In this document: piece by piece, positions 1 to 8,097 of the stretch | Layout of the letters: every line of letters begins with the position of its first letter | Position numbering within the stretch: the first letter of the stretch is position 1 | NCBI GenBank assembly: GCA_043799545.1 | Contig: JAZDNO010000003.1 | Coordinates: forward strand, 1 to 38,940 | Source: Methanobacteriota archaeon | Lineage (GTDB): Archaea > Thermoplasmatota > Thermoplasmata > SG8-5 > DAIRED01 | Direction: 5' to 3' | DNA: 38,940 nt | Position numbers and translations under genes: made by a program | The notes under the pieces: generated by a model | Told to the model about the DNA's origin: nothing | The model's input: only the letters and a program-made list of their open reading frames with translations | The model's database searches: none

Positions 1-16
1 CGCTTCCCGGGTATGC

Positions 17-1237
17 TTGACTTCTTCACCGATAAAACAGCTACCCCTCGTAAATCAGGAAGAAAAAGAGCGTTTGTCCAGGCTTGCCCGCAGGATCATG
101 GCGCTTTATCATAAGTATTATCTTGATCATGGATACAGCCCGGTGAGCCTCTTTTGCACTGATAAAGGCCGTTTTGTCGCTTCGATGCTTGAATATCTGG
201 TGCCGTTGGTTGATCTGAAGCAGGGATATGATTTTACCGGAAGAAAGTTGTTAGACCTCGGCCACGGTGATGGCCGCGTTGCGTATTTCCTGCAACAGGC
301 TTTTCCCGAAGCAAAGGTCACCGGGGTTGAGTTTGACAAGCGCCTTTTCGATATGAGTGTCGATATTAATCTTGAATTAGCGCAATTGCTTTCGCCCGGC
401 TCTGTTGATCTTCTGCGCGATGATTTCTTGCAAGAAAAGCATTTCACCGGGCATGATATATTTTATTATTACGCTGCCGGGACTTTTCATGAGGAAGCGA
501 TCCTGGAGCATCTTTGCCGGTATGCGCCTTTGAGGGCATTGTTTATAAACTATATGTTTTCTGATCAGGAATGGTCTTTTCTTGAGTCCCTTGGCATGGC
601 GTATCAAGAGCAATTTAACCGGTGTTTCGGGCCGGTATTCAAAGCTCAGTTTTTTACGGTCTATGAAAAAATAGCTTTGTCCTCATCTCCTGTTGTTGCC
701 CCTGGGGAGCACCTATTCGTGATGCGCGATGAATCTCTATCCGTCGAAACGACCTATGCTCGATACCACGCAGGTTATCGCCGATTTGTCATACAGCAGG
801 TTGGCAGGAATAAGCTTGTGCTTTCGGCCAGCATTATTAAAACCAGAGGAGCTCTGATGACAACACGCGGCGCGCAATGGGCTGCCCGGAATTTGTCGAG
901 TTCTCCGATGCAAGAACAAGGATCCCTTTCGCGCGTAACGGTCAATAACGCGTTCGATCGTTTGTTAAGCAGGGATATCAACGGGCAGCGGATCATCTAC
1001 GCTGTTCCTGATTATTTGATGGCTTCGCCTTTTGAAAAGCCTGTTTTGATAGCTTTTGATATTTTGCACGCGCAGGAGAGCGATGCAGAGGGCAATTACT
1101 CGGTAGGTATTGAAGGATTTTGTTTGAACCCCGGTGATGAAAAGCGTTTGCTTGAAAAGACGGCAAACGGGCGTCGTCCTTTGATCGTACTGGCCTTTCT
1201 GAATTTCAAGGTCGGCAGGATAATTCAAGGATTGTGA
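17..1237 (+). CDS. Multi-domain protein with N-terminal class I SAM-dependent methyltransferase domain; probably 5'-partial and of foreign origin
   Basis: Motif I LLDLGHGDGR, acidic motif II VTGVEFD, then DLLRDDFL. The frame is open back to base 2. SSP[I/V/M] linkers occur three times. Visibly more AT-rich than the next gene. Confidence 0.7.
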   Translation: MTSSPIKQLPLVNQEEKERLSRLARRIMALYHKYYLDHGYSPVSLFCTDKGRFVASMLEYLVPLVDLKQGYDFTGRKLLDLGHGDGRVAYFLQQAFPEAKVTGVEFDKRLFDMSVDINLELAQLLSPGSVDLLRDDFLQEKHFTGHDIFYYYAAGTFHEEAILEHLCRYAPLRALFINYMFSDQEWSFLESLGMAYQEQFNRCFGPVFKAQFFTVYEKIALSSSPVVAPGEHLFVMRDESLSVETTYARYHAGYRRFVIQQVGRNKLVLSASIIKTRGALMTTRGAQWAARNLSSSPMQEQGSLSRVTVNNAFDRLLSRDINGQRIIYAVPDYLMASPFEKPVLIAFDILHAQESDAEGNYSVGIEGFCLNPGDEKRLLEKTANGRRPLIVLAFLNFKVGRIIQGL

Positions 1238-1238
1238 T

Positions 1239-4181
1239 TTACTTTCCCATCTTCTCCAGCATCGCCCTAGCCTTCTGCGCTTGGGGCTTGGCCCCGGCCC
1301 GCTCCAGCATCTCCAGGGCGAGCTCGATGTGCTTCCGGGCGTCCGGGTCTCCGTTCCTCGCTCCCTCCTCGCCGTATTCCAGATGCGTCATCCCCAGAGT
1401 CCGTGGCTCGCCGAGCGCCGCGCTGAGTTGCACGGCTTGATCAAACGTCTCCTTCGATTTGGCCCAGTCTCCCTTTCTGGACCGGACGTGCGCCTTCGTC
1501 ACGAGAGCTATTTTTTCCTGCTCTAGGAGCTTCTTCTGCTGCGCGATTGAGAGGGCCAGGTCCGCGTGGCGTTCCGCGTCCGAGTAGAGTTCCATCGCGC
1601 AGTATGTCTCGCTGAGGTTCGCGTGCGCCTGGGCAGTGCCCGCCGTGTCGCCGTGGCGCATCATGATGCTCAGTTCCTTCGAGTAGCTGGCTACGGCCTC
1701 GCCGTGCCTTCCCATCTGGCCATACGCCACTCCGAGGGCGTTGTGGGACTTGGCCATGCCCAGCGCGTCACCGATGCGCAGCCTGATTTCCAAGCACCTG
1801 CGATGGGTCTCTATCGCTCGCTCCGTGTCCCCTCTCCTGGAATACGCTATCCCGAGGTTGTTCAGGGCTGCCGAAAGGCGCCTGAAGTCTCCAATCCGCT
1901 CCTTGATTTGCACGGCCTTCTCCAAAGCCTCCTCCGACCTCGCCGCGTCTGCTTTGACACTGTATGCCGCGCCGAGGTTCAGCATAGTGTCGGACAAACC
2001 GAAATCGTCGTTCAGAGAGGCGAATATTTCAGCAGCTCGGCTCCACGATACGACGGCATCGTCCGCCTTCTTCAGGTAGAAGTACGCCCCGCCTATCGCA
2101 AGGCAAGCCTGCGCGATGTCTCCCTGGGAGCCAAGCGATTCCGCCGCGCGGAGGTAATCTTCGTCGAGCGCGAGAGCCTCTGCCGGCGCCTCCTTGAGCT
2201 TCAGCTTGGCGATATCCTTCTTGATGCGCCCCTTTTCGAGGTCTTTCGGCGAATCCCCAAGCAGGGCGAGCGCCTCTTCGAAATATCTATTGGCCTCCTT
2301 AGCACTTCCCTGAGATAAGTGTGCGACGCCGAGCCTTCTCGCCGCCTCGGCTCTGGACCCGTTTTCAAGGCCCTCGATGCCCATCAATTTATCCAGGCAG
2401 GAAATCTCCCCCGCGAAGTCGCCATTCGTGTCAAGAACCCTGGTCAGGTGCTCCAGGGTCCCAAGGAGCCTCGGGTCGTCCCCCCGCCGCTCGATGAGCT
2501 CCACGGCCCACTCCAGGTACTTCACGGCTTCGGGGAATGCGTACTCGGCCTCCGCCAGCTCGCCGGCTCTGATGCAGTAATCGATCCCCGGTTCCGGCAC
2601 GTGGCCCAGAGCCAGATGCTCTGCAACCGCGAAAACGGGCACGGCTCCTGCGTTCTCGCCCAGCAGGACGCGCGCCGAGGTCCTGTGCCAGAGCGCAAGC
2701 CTGAGGGGGCCCATGCCGTCCCTCAGCACCCGCTCGAAATGGGCGTTCTTGAACACGACCCTTCCGCCAGACTCTAAGACGAGACCCTGTTCTTTGGCAA
2801 GCCCCAGTCGCCCATCGAGCTTCGCAAGGGGCCAGTCCAGGCCCTTCGCGAGCAGGGGCTTCTCGGCCCTCGCCGATATGACGGAGCACATCTCAAGCAG
2901 GGCCAAGGTGTCAGGGTCCAGGTCCTCCAGCATTTTGGAAGCGGTGTCTGATTTGCGCGCCCACCAGTCCGACCTCCGCCCCTTGACGGCCCAAATCCCC
3001 CCGACCGAAACGATGCGCCCGGTCTTGACCAGCAATGATGTCAGTCCGACAATCTCCGAGGGCACGCCTTGCACTGCGGTATGTATCTCCGCGGCGAGCC
3101 CATCCGGCACCTCGGCTCCCTTGAGTATCTGGCCCATGATTGTTTTTGTGTTGGCCGCGGAGACAGGGCCCAGAACCCACCGCTCGGCGAAGCCTTCTTC
3201 CGCAAGCTTGCCAATCGCTTCCTCGCCCGTCTTGTCACCGGTCCCTGGTCTCCTGGCCATCAGCAGCAGCAGCGGGCCATTGCCGAGCCCACGGAGCAGG
3301 TAGCCTATCGCCCTTATCGATGTGGGGTCCGCTTCCTGCAGGTCGTCCAGGAAGACCACGTGCGGTTCGGTCATTGCGGCTTCGACGGCCCTCCTCAGCC
3401 ATTCAAACCTCAAGTTCTGGTGCGCCAGCGCTTCCTCTCCGGTCAGCCCAACCCTCGGGAACTTCGCCCGCAATAGGTTGTCAATTATTTCCGGCACGCC
3501 CACCAACGAGGAGATGTCTCCATCCCAGGGCGCGAGCCTCTGACCGTGCTCCGCCTCTATCTTGGAGAGAGCTCTCCGAACGTCGTCTCGCATCGATGGA
3601 TGCGCGCCCTTAGAGACCACGCAGGCCATGAAGACGCTCTTGCCGTGCTCGATGAGTATATGGAGACCCTTGTAGGCCAGCTCGTTCAGCCCGCCGCTTC
3701 GGTCTCCGTCTCCGAACGAGTCGCGGACGAAGTCCTGAACTGCCGAGAGCATGGAACCGAGGACATCCTCGTCCACGGCTCCCCCCGCCCCTCCGTGGTG
3801 AATCAGGAGGCCGTCCCTGGAAAGCAGGAACACCTCGTCGAGCCGCGTCCATTCGGCAGGCGCCTCCCCCGCGCCAAGATCGCCTGCCAGCCGCACGAGC
3901 TCCGACATCGGGCTCCCGCGCTGGGAACCCCCGAAGCTGTGCCGATGGACCCTCCAGCCCTCGCACTCAGATTCGAGGAACCTCTCCACGAGGGCAGTCT
4001 TGCCTATTCCCACGTCCCCTTCGAGGATGATGGCCCGCTTTTGCCCCCGCGACGCCAGGGCAAGCTCATCCCGCAGTCGCGTGAGTTCAGTCTCCCTCCC
4101 GACGAGGTTCAAATTCGCCGCCTCTCTGGCTGTATAGCCTTGCCAGAATAAATCCTTGCGGGTCACCAATCGACGGTCCAT
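1239..4181 (-). CDS. STAND-class (AAA_16/MalT-like) ATPase with inserted longin/roadblock-like domain and C-terminal TPR array
   Basis: LVGRETEL, Walker A GDVGIGKT, Walker B VVFLDDLQEAD, and many TPR-like helices (ALNNLGIAYSRRG, SHNALGVAYGQMG, AHANLSETY). The start may instead be the GTG at 4166 overlapping the upstream TGA, or a later TTG. Confidence 0.85.
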   Translation of the reverse strand: MDRRLVTRKDLFWQGYTAREAANLNLVGRETELTRLRDELALASRGQKRAIILEGDVGIGKTALVERFLESECEGWRVHRHSFGGSQRGSPMSELVRLAGDLGAGEAPAEWTRLDEVFLLSRDGLLIHHGGAGGAVDEDVLGSMLSAVQDFVRDSFGDGDRSGGLNELAYKGLHILIEHGKSVFMACVVSKGAHPSMRDDVRRALSKIEAEHGQRLAPWDGDISSLVGVPEIIDNLLRAKFPRVGLTGEEALAHQNLRFEWLRRAVEAAMTEPHVVFLDDLQEADPTSIRAIGYLLRGLGNGPLLLLMARRPGTGDKTGEEAIGKLAEEGFAERWVLGPVSAANTKTIMGQILKGAEVPDGLAAEIHTAVQGVPSEIVGLTSLLVKTGRIVSVGGIWAVKGRRSDWWARKSDTASKMLEDLDPDTLALLEMCSVISARAEKPLLAKGLDWPLAKLDGRLGLAKEQGLVLESGGRVVFKNAHFERVLRDGMGPLRLALWHRTSARVLLGENAGAVPVFAVAEHLALGHVPEPGIDYCIRAGELAEAEYAFPEAVKYLEWAVELIERRGDDPRLLGTLEHLTRVLDTNGDFAGEISCLDKLMGIEGLENGSRAEAARRLGVAHLSQGSAKEANRYFEEALALLGDSPKDLEKGRIKKDIAKLKLKEAPAEALALDEDYLRAAESLGSQGDIAQACLAIGGAYFYLKKADDAVVSWSRAAEIFASLNDDFGLSDTMLNLGAAYSVKADAARSEEALEKAVQIKERIGDFRRLSAALNNLGIAYSRRGDTERAIETHRRCLEIRLRIGDALGMAKSHNALGVAYGQMGRHGEAVASYSKELSIMMRHGDTAGTAQAHANLSETYCAMELYSDAERHADLALSIAQQKKLLEQEKIALVTKAHVRSRKGDWAKSKETFDQAVQLSAALGEPRTLGMTHLEYGEEGARNGDPDARKHIELALEMLERAGAKPQAQKARAMLEKMGK

Positions 4182-6283
4182 GACGTGTCCGAGGGCACGT
4201 AAACCCAGTAGCCATTGCCCCTGCCCAGCACGATGGCGTTGCCCAGCACTTCAGTCTTATATGTGGCCGATGACTTGAACCCCTCCACTATCGTTGCGCC
4301 GGTCGCAGCCTTCAGCGACGCCACGGTGTACGAGCTGTCATCTGCCGCAGGGTAGCCGACCATGTTCCAGCCCGCCCTGAGGCTTATTGTCGTCGACGTC
4401 GGTTTGTTGCCCGTTACCGTGAGGTAGCCGTCACCAACGTTCGTTATGCGTATCCAGAGCGACACTGTGTGGTCCGTGGTCTTCAGGTCGTTCATCGAGC
4501 TTGTCCAGTTTGCATTGTACTGCTTCCATCGGTTGGCCCCGCCCCAGGGGTCGTACCACATGAGCCTGTCCCAGCCGATCGTGCCGTCCCCGGCCTCATC
4601 GTTGAACACCGTGAGAATATCCTCGTTTTCCTGGATGACTGGCACTGATATAAGGTTCCAGCCTGGGGCGATTGGTATCGAGTAGTCCTCCGGAGAATTA
4701 GTGACTATCTCCCAGTCGTCCATCACAATGCGGTCGTCCTTGCCCGAAGTCGTGTAGTTCACCTCGTCCCAGAACGCGCGGTAGTGCCATCCGCCGTCAA
4801 CGAAGGCGAAACCGGCCGAGACGTTCGCGGCGTTGGCTGGATTGCCGTACTTGTCGCCGTCCGGATTTGAGATGATGCTGTCCTCCTTCAGACCAGTCCA
4901 CGCTCTGGGGTCTGTGATGTCGTTGGTTGAGGATATGTGTATCTCCTCAGATTTCAGGTAGTTCTGGTCCACCTCGGTCCAGGACGCGCTCGCCACGCCG
5001 TCGGGGGACAGGGCCACGGAAGGAGCCTTCGCCCTCTCGTTCTCGCCGTTCTCGAAGCAACTCACGGGGAAGTCACGCTCCGTTCCGAGCCACCAGTCGC
5101 CAAAATTGCCAGAATAGGAATAAAGTATCTCTTCGGTCGGCTCTGCCTTTCCAGCGTACATCTGCGGCCACGTCACGATGATTTCCCGGGTGTTTGCAGA
5201 AGCGGACGGAGGGCCGGCGTCGAAGCCGTCGTCCGTGACGCGGCTCACCTGATTCTCGCGGGACCAACCGTCGCCGAAACTCTTGGAAACCGTTGCGAAA
5301 ATCTCCCTGACCCCGGTCCCCTCGAATATCTGCGACCACATGACGCTGACGACCTCCCCGTCATCGCCGGACACGGCCATCGTGGGGTAAGTCGCGAAAG
5401 GCCTGCTCTCCGGGTCGCTGACCATCTCGTTTGTCTCCCAACCGGTCCACGAGTCTCCGCCGTTGAACGACCTGGACATGAACACGTCCATGGTTTCCCC
5501 TTTGGGGTCCATCTCGGCCCAGACCGCGTAAACAATCACGTTGCCCCTGTTGTTGCTGACACCCACCACGGGAGCGAACGGTATGTTGCCATCCTGCTGC
5601 CCCCTGTTGCTCACGCGTATGTCCCCGCCCGTGATTTCGAAGGACCAGTGCCTGCCATTGTCCGGAGACCTGGAGTAGTGGATTTCCCACGTGCCATCGG
5701 AATACATCTCGCGCCAGACGACGTGGACGAAACCGTACATGTCCACGGCCACTGCCGGGTCGACAGCGTCTCCCACGATGTACGCGCGGGTGGTTTCCGT
5801 ATCTGCCAACAGCGCCTCTGAATCATCAATGGATGACCTCTTCTCCCTCGGGTCGCTGATTACCCTGTCGTCCTCCCATGGGTCGTCGTTGCTCCAATCT
5901 CGACCGCCAGAATCCCCGGGGGACTGCGAATAGTGTATCTCGCGCCACGGGTATCCGTCGTTCTTCTCGTCCCATACGACGTGCATGGTGCCGTCCCACT
6001 CCTTCTGGAGGGAGCCGGGGGGCGTTGCTGCGAAGGATGGATGCATGGCGCTGTTGTCGTCGTCGTAGCTAATCAGGAAGTCCACGCCTGAGTAGCTCAT
6101 CGGGACCGGTTCCACCGGGGCAGCGCTCGGGGATGCCGGAGGAAGCTCTTGCGATGTCGGTGAAGCGGTTGAGTCATCTGCCGCGCGCGAGCCATGCGTC
6201 TGAAGCCCGCAAAGGGGGGCGGCGGTAGCGCACATTGCGACAGCCAGGAAAAACGATACCGCTCGTATTGTGAAATATCTCAT
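4163..6283 (-). CDS. Secreted BNR/Asp-box beta-propeller protein with Thermoplasmata-type C-terminal GWNLIS domain
   Basis: Hydrophobic N-terminal signal-like segment. About 7 repeats of P-x-x-A-V...VHVVW-E...EIHYS. Asp-box-like SRSPDNGRHW and SRSFNGGDSW. C-terminal GWNLISVP / GWNMVGYP / GYWVYV. Confidence 0.75.
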   Translation of the reverse strand: MRYFTIRAVSFFLAVAMCATAAPLCGLQTHGSRAADDSTASPTSQELPPASPSAAPVEPVPMSYSGVDFLISYDDDNSAMHPSFAATPPGSLQKEWDGTMHVVWDEKNDGYPWREIHYSQSPGDSGGRDWSNDDPWEDDRVISDPREKRSSIDDSEALLADTETTRAYIVGDAVDPAVAVDMYGFVHVVWREMYSDGTWEIHYSRSPDNGRHWSFEITGGDIRVSNRGQQDGNIPFAPVVGVSNNRGNVIVYAVWAEMDPKGETMDVFMSRSFNGGDSWTGWETNEMVSDPESRPFATYPTMAVSGDDGEVVSVMWSQIFEGTGVREIFATVSKSFGDGWSRENQVSRVTDDGFDAGPPSASANTREIIVTWPQMYAGKAEPTEEILYSYSGNFGDWWLGTERDFPVSCFENGENERAKAPSVALSPDGVASASWTEVDQNYLKSEEIHISSTNDITDPRAWTGLKEDSIISNPDGDKYGNPANAANVSAGFAFVDGGWHYRAFWDEVNYTTSGKDDRIVMDDWEIVTNSPEDYSIPIAPGWNLISVPVIQENEDILTVFNDEAGDGTIGWDRLMWYDPWGGANRWKQYNANWTSSMNDLKTTDHTVSLWIRITNVGDGYLTVTGNKPTSTTISLRAGWNMVGYPAADDSSYTVASLKAATGATIVEGFKSSATYKTEVLGNAIVLGRGNGYWVYVPSDTSWTVDW

Positions 6284-6335
6284 GGGACGTACTAGTACAT
6301 AATGTCATAAATACCTTGCCTTTCACGAGGCCAAC

Positions 6336-6345
6336 TTATTTATAT
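6336..6345 (+). promoter_or_regulatory. Archaeal TATA box for rps8e-srp19
   Basis: TTATTTATAT about 35 bp upstream of the rps8e ATG. Confidence 0.55.
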
Positions 6346-6380
6346 GGATTGTATAATCGGGAGAACCCCGAGGTATCAAG

Positions 6381-6761
6381 ATGGCAATATGGCAGGGGCG
6401 CTCGAAGCGCAAGGACACTGGCGGCATGTACAGGCCGCTGCGCAACAAGAAGGCGTTCGAAATAGGCCCCGAGAGGCAGCTGGCTGTCGTCGGAGAGAAC
6501 TCAGTGAAGCACTACCGCACGCGCGGCCACAACAGCAAGCTCAGGCTCATGAAGGCGGATGTCGCGAACGTTCTGGACCCCAAGACAGAGAAGTGCGCCA
6601 GGTCCAAGATAGTCACTGTCAAGAGCAACCCGGCCGACCCGAACTACGTCCAGCGCAACATCCTGAACAAGGGCGCGGTCATCCAGACCGAGGCAGGGCT
6701 TGCCAAGGTGACGTCCCGCCCGGGCCAGAACGGCATAGTGAACGCCACCCTGATAGAATGA
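6381..6761 (+). CDS. rps8e: 30S ribosomal protein S8e
   Basis: MAIWQGRSKRKDTGG, RTRGHNSK, NPADPNYVQRNILNKGAVI, VTSRPGQNGIVNA are S8e hallmarks. Confidence 0.97.
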   Translation: MAIWQGRSKRKDTGGMYRPLRNKKAFEIGPERQLAVVGENSVKHYRTRGHNSKLRLMKADVANVLDPKTEKCARSKIVTVKSNPADPNYVQRNILNKGAVIQTEAGLAKVTSRPGQNGIVNATLIE

Positions 6762-6762
6762 G

Positions 6763-7074
6763 GTGATTCTTTTGAGAAGCCGGAGCGAGAACCACGTCCT
6801 CTGGCCGGTCTACTTCGACATCCACAGGTCCCGTGCTGACGGCCGGATGGTTTCCAAGAAAACCGCTGTGGAAGAACCTACTTGCGAGGACATATTTACG
6901 GCCGCGAAGGCATGCGGATTCACGGGCGAAATCGATGCCGACAGCGCCTTCCCGGGCGAGTGGCACAAGGCACGCGGCCGCGTGCACGTCGTGCGCACCT
7001 GCGCAAAATCTGAGCTTCTGAAGAAGGTGTCGGCCGAGATGAGGCGGATGAAGCAGAAGCCTGCAACGCAGTAA
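6763..7074 (+). CDS. srp19: Signal recognition particle 19 kDa protein
   Basis: LWPVYFD..RSRADGRMV, FPGEWHKARGRVHV, KSELLKKVS. The likely true start is TTG 6772, 5 nt after the SD GAGGTGA. Confidence 0.93.
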   Translation: MILLRSRSENHVLWPVYFDIHRSRADGRMVSKKTAVEEPTCEDIFTAAKACGFTGEIDADSAFPGEWHKARGRVHVVRTCAKSELLKKVSAEMRRMKQKPATQ

Positions 7075-7117
7075 AACAGACGAGTCCAGGAAACGTCAGA
7101 AAATTCTACAGACCAGC

Positions 7118-7408
7118 CTACCTGTCCTGCGGCGTTTCCACTTCGTCTACCAGGGTCTTTCCCGAAGAGACGCTGTCGACTGAATGGATGACAGCCCCGC
7201 AGGCGCGGATGGTCTTCTCGACCGCCTCGTAACTGATATTCTGGCCTACGACCGTTATCTTGATGCTCTCCGTCTCCTGGTCGACCTCGGCGAGGGTGCA
7301 GTTCACGCCCATGACGCCTTCGGCCTTGCCCAGGCGCTTGGCGAGCTCTATTATGCTCGGCGTGTGAGGTTTGAGAACGTCCAGAACGAGCCTCTTGATC
7401 TCGGTCAA
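7118..7408 (-). CDS. DUF211 family protein
   Basis: IKRLVLDVLKPH, EVDQETESIKITVVG, GAVIHSVDSV. Start placed at TTG 7408; the ORF track extends to 7435 through a duplicated motif. Confidence 0.85.
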   Translation of the reverse strand: MTEIKRLVLDVLKPHTPSIIELAKRLGKAEGVMGVNCTLAEVDQETESIKITVVGQNISYEAVEKTIRACGAVIHSVDSVSSGKTLVDEVETPQDR

Positions 7409-7448
7409 TTCCTTACCTGCCTTCGCGTCAATCAATTCCTTGCCTGCC
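7405..7448. repeat. 17-bp direct repeat (1 mismatch, 27-bp period) duplicating the DUF211 translation start region
   Basis: TCAATTCCTTACCTGCC at 7405-7421 versus TCAATTCCTTGCCTGCC at 7432-7448. Confidence 0.85.
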
Positions 7449-7461
7449 GTGATTCTCTAAA

Positions 7462-7593
7462 CTAATACTTGTATAAGAACCTTGCGCGCTTGGCGGGCTG
7501 GGTTGACGTTTCCCAGCGCTCCAGCAGCTCGCAGCCGAACCGGCAGTCGCCCAGTCTCGGGCAGAGCCGGCAGTGTTTGTGTCTGGCTGACAT
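7462..7593 (-). CDS. Putative 43-aa Cys-rich small protein (below the ORF-track cutoff)
   Basis: MSARHKHCRLCPRLGDCRFGCELLERWETSTQPAKRARFLYKY*, preceded by the perfect SD GGAGGTGA 5 nt before ATG. Confidence 0.55.
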   Translation of the reverse strand: MSARHKHCRLCPRLGDCRFGCELLERWETSTQPAKRARFLYKY

Positions 7594-7650
7594 GACGTTC
7601 ACCTCCGATGGAGGGACTGAGGGGACACCATATCAACGGGAGAGGCTACA

Positions 7651-7889
7651 TGTAGCAAACTATTTATCCGCACCTGGATTCCCCTGCCTTGCCTCTTTGA
7701 AATTAAAATGGGCCAGAGTTCTACCCGTAAGCCCTTTCTTTGTGCCTCGCTGCGCTGGCAGAGCCCTCGCAAAGAAAGCCCTTGGGTTTAAGAAACTCGG
7801 GCTCCGCCTTCTCGCTCGGCCGTTGTAGCAAACTATTTATCCGCACCTGGATTCCCCTGCCTTGCCTCTTTGAAATTAAAATGGGCCAG
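7651..7889 (+). repeat. Perfect 66-bp direct repeat (7651-7716 and 7824-7889) containing the tRNA promoter region and the first 7 nt of tRNA-Ala
   Basis: TGTAGCAAACTATTTATCCGCACCTGGATTCCCCTGCCTTGCCTCTTTGAAATTAAAATGGGCCAG occurs twice, 173 bp apart. Confidence 0.95.
7710..7804 (+). ncRNA. Candidate long-hairpin RNA or miniature inverted-repeat element
   Basis: Nested pairings GGGCC/GGCTC, GAGTT/AACTC, ACCC/GGGT, CTTTCTTTG/CAAAGAAAG, TGCC/GGCA. It lies directly behind the first promoter copy. Confidence 0.45.
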
Positions 7890-7956
7890 TAGATCAGCCC
7901 GGAAGATCGCTTCATTGGCATTGAAGAGGCCGCGAGTTCGAATCTCGCCTGGTCCA
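7883..7956 (+). tRNA. tRNA-Ala(GGC)
   Basis: Acceptor stem GGGCCAG/CTGGTCC with G3:U70, D stem GATC/GATC, anticodon arm CTTCA-TTGGCAT-TGAAG, T arm GCGAG-TTCGAAT-CTCGC, discriminator A, no encoded CCA, no intron. Confidence 0.97.
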
Positions 7957-7957
7957 C

Positions 7958-7967
7958 TTTTTATTTT
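7958..7967 (+). terminator. Oligo-T terminator after tRNA-Ala
   Basis: TTTTTATTTT immediately after the tRNA. Confidence 0.6.
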
Positions 7968-8097
7968 ACATCGATTGCAGCCAGTGGACTTAAAATCCTA
8001 ATGTTCATATCAGGCTTACCTCGGGCAAGGCTGGGTATATGGCTTCCTTGCCCTCGGTCTCGCCTGGTCAGGCTTTCCTTTAATGGCTGAAATGGAT

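Noticed and set aside
1239-4181. Avs-type antiviral STAND call
   Set aside because: No nuclease, SIR2, TIR or protease effector is recognisable, so a defence role is not supported.
6289-6298. Perfect 10-bp palindrome GTACTAGTAC upstream of the propeller gene
   Set aside because: A single short palindrome is expected by chance in 39 kb, and it has no supporting context.
7469-7828. 119-aa plus-strand ORF across the repeat region
   Set aside because: It has no SD or recognisable motif, and is better explained by the minus-strand small ORF, the repeat and the hairpin.
7651-7889. CRISPR mini-array interpretation of the 66-bp repeats
   Set aside because: There are only two copies, the repeat and spacer are too long, the repeat includes promoter and tRNA sequence, and no cas genes are present.
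7721-7957. 78-aa ORF MDQARFELAASSMP...
   Set aside because: This is the typical antisense translation of a tRNA gene.
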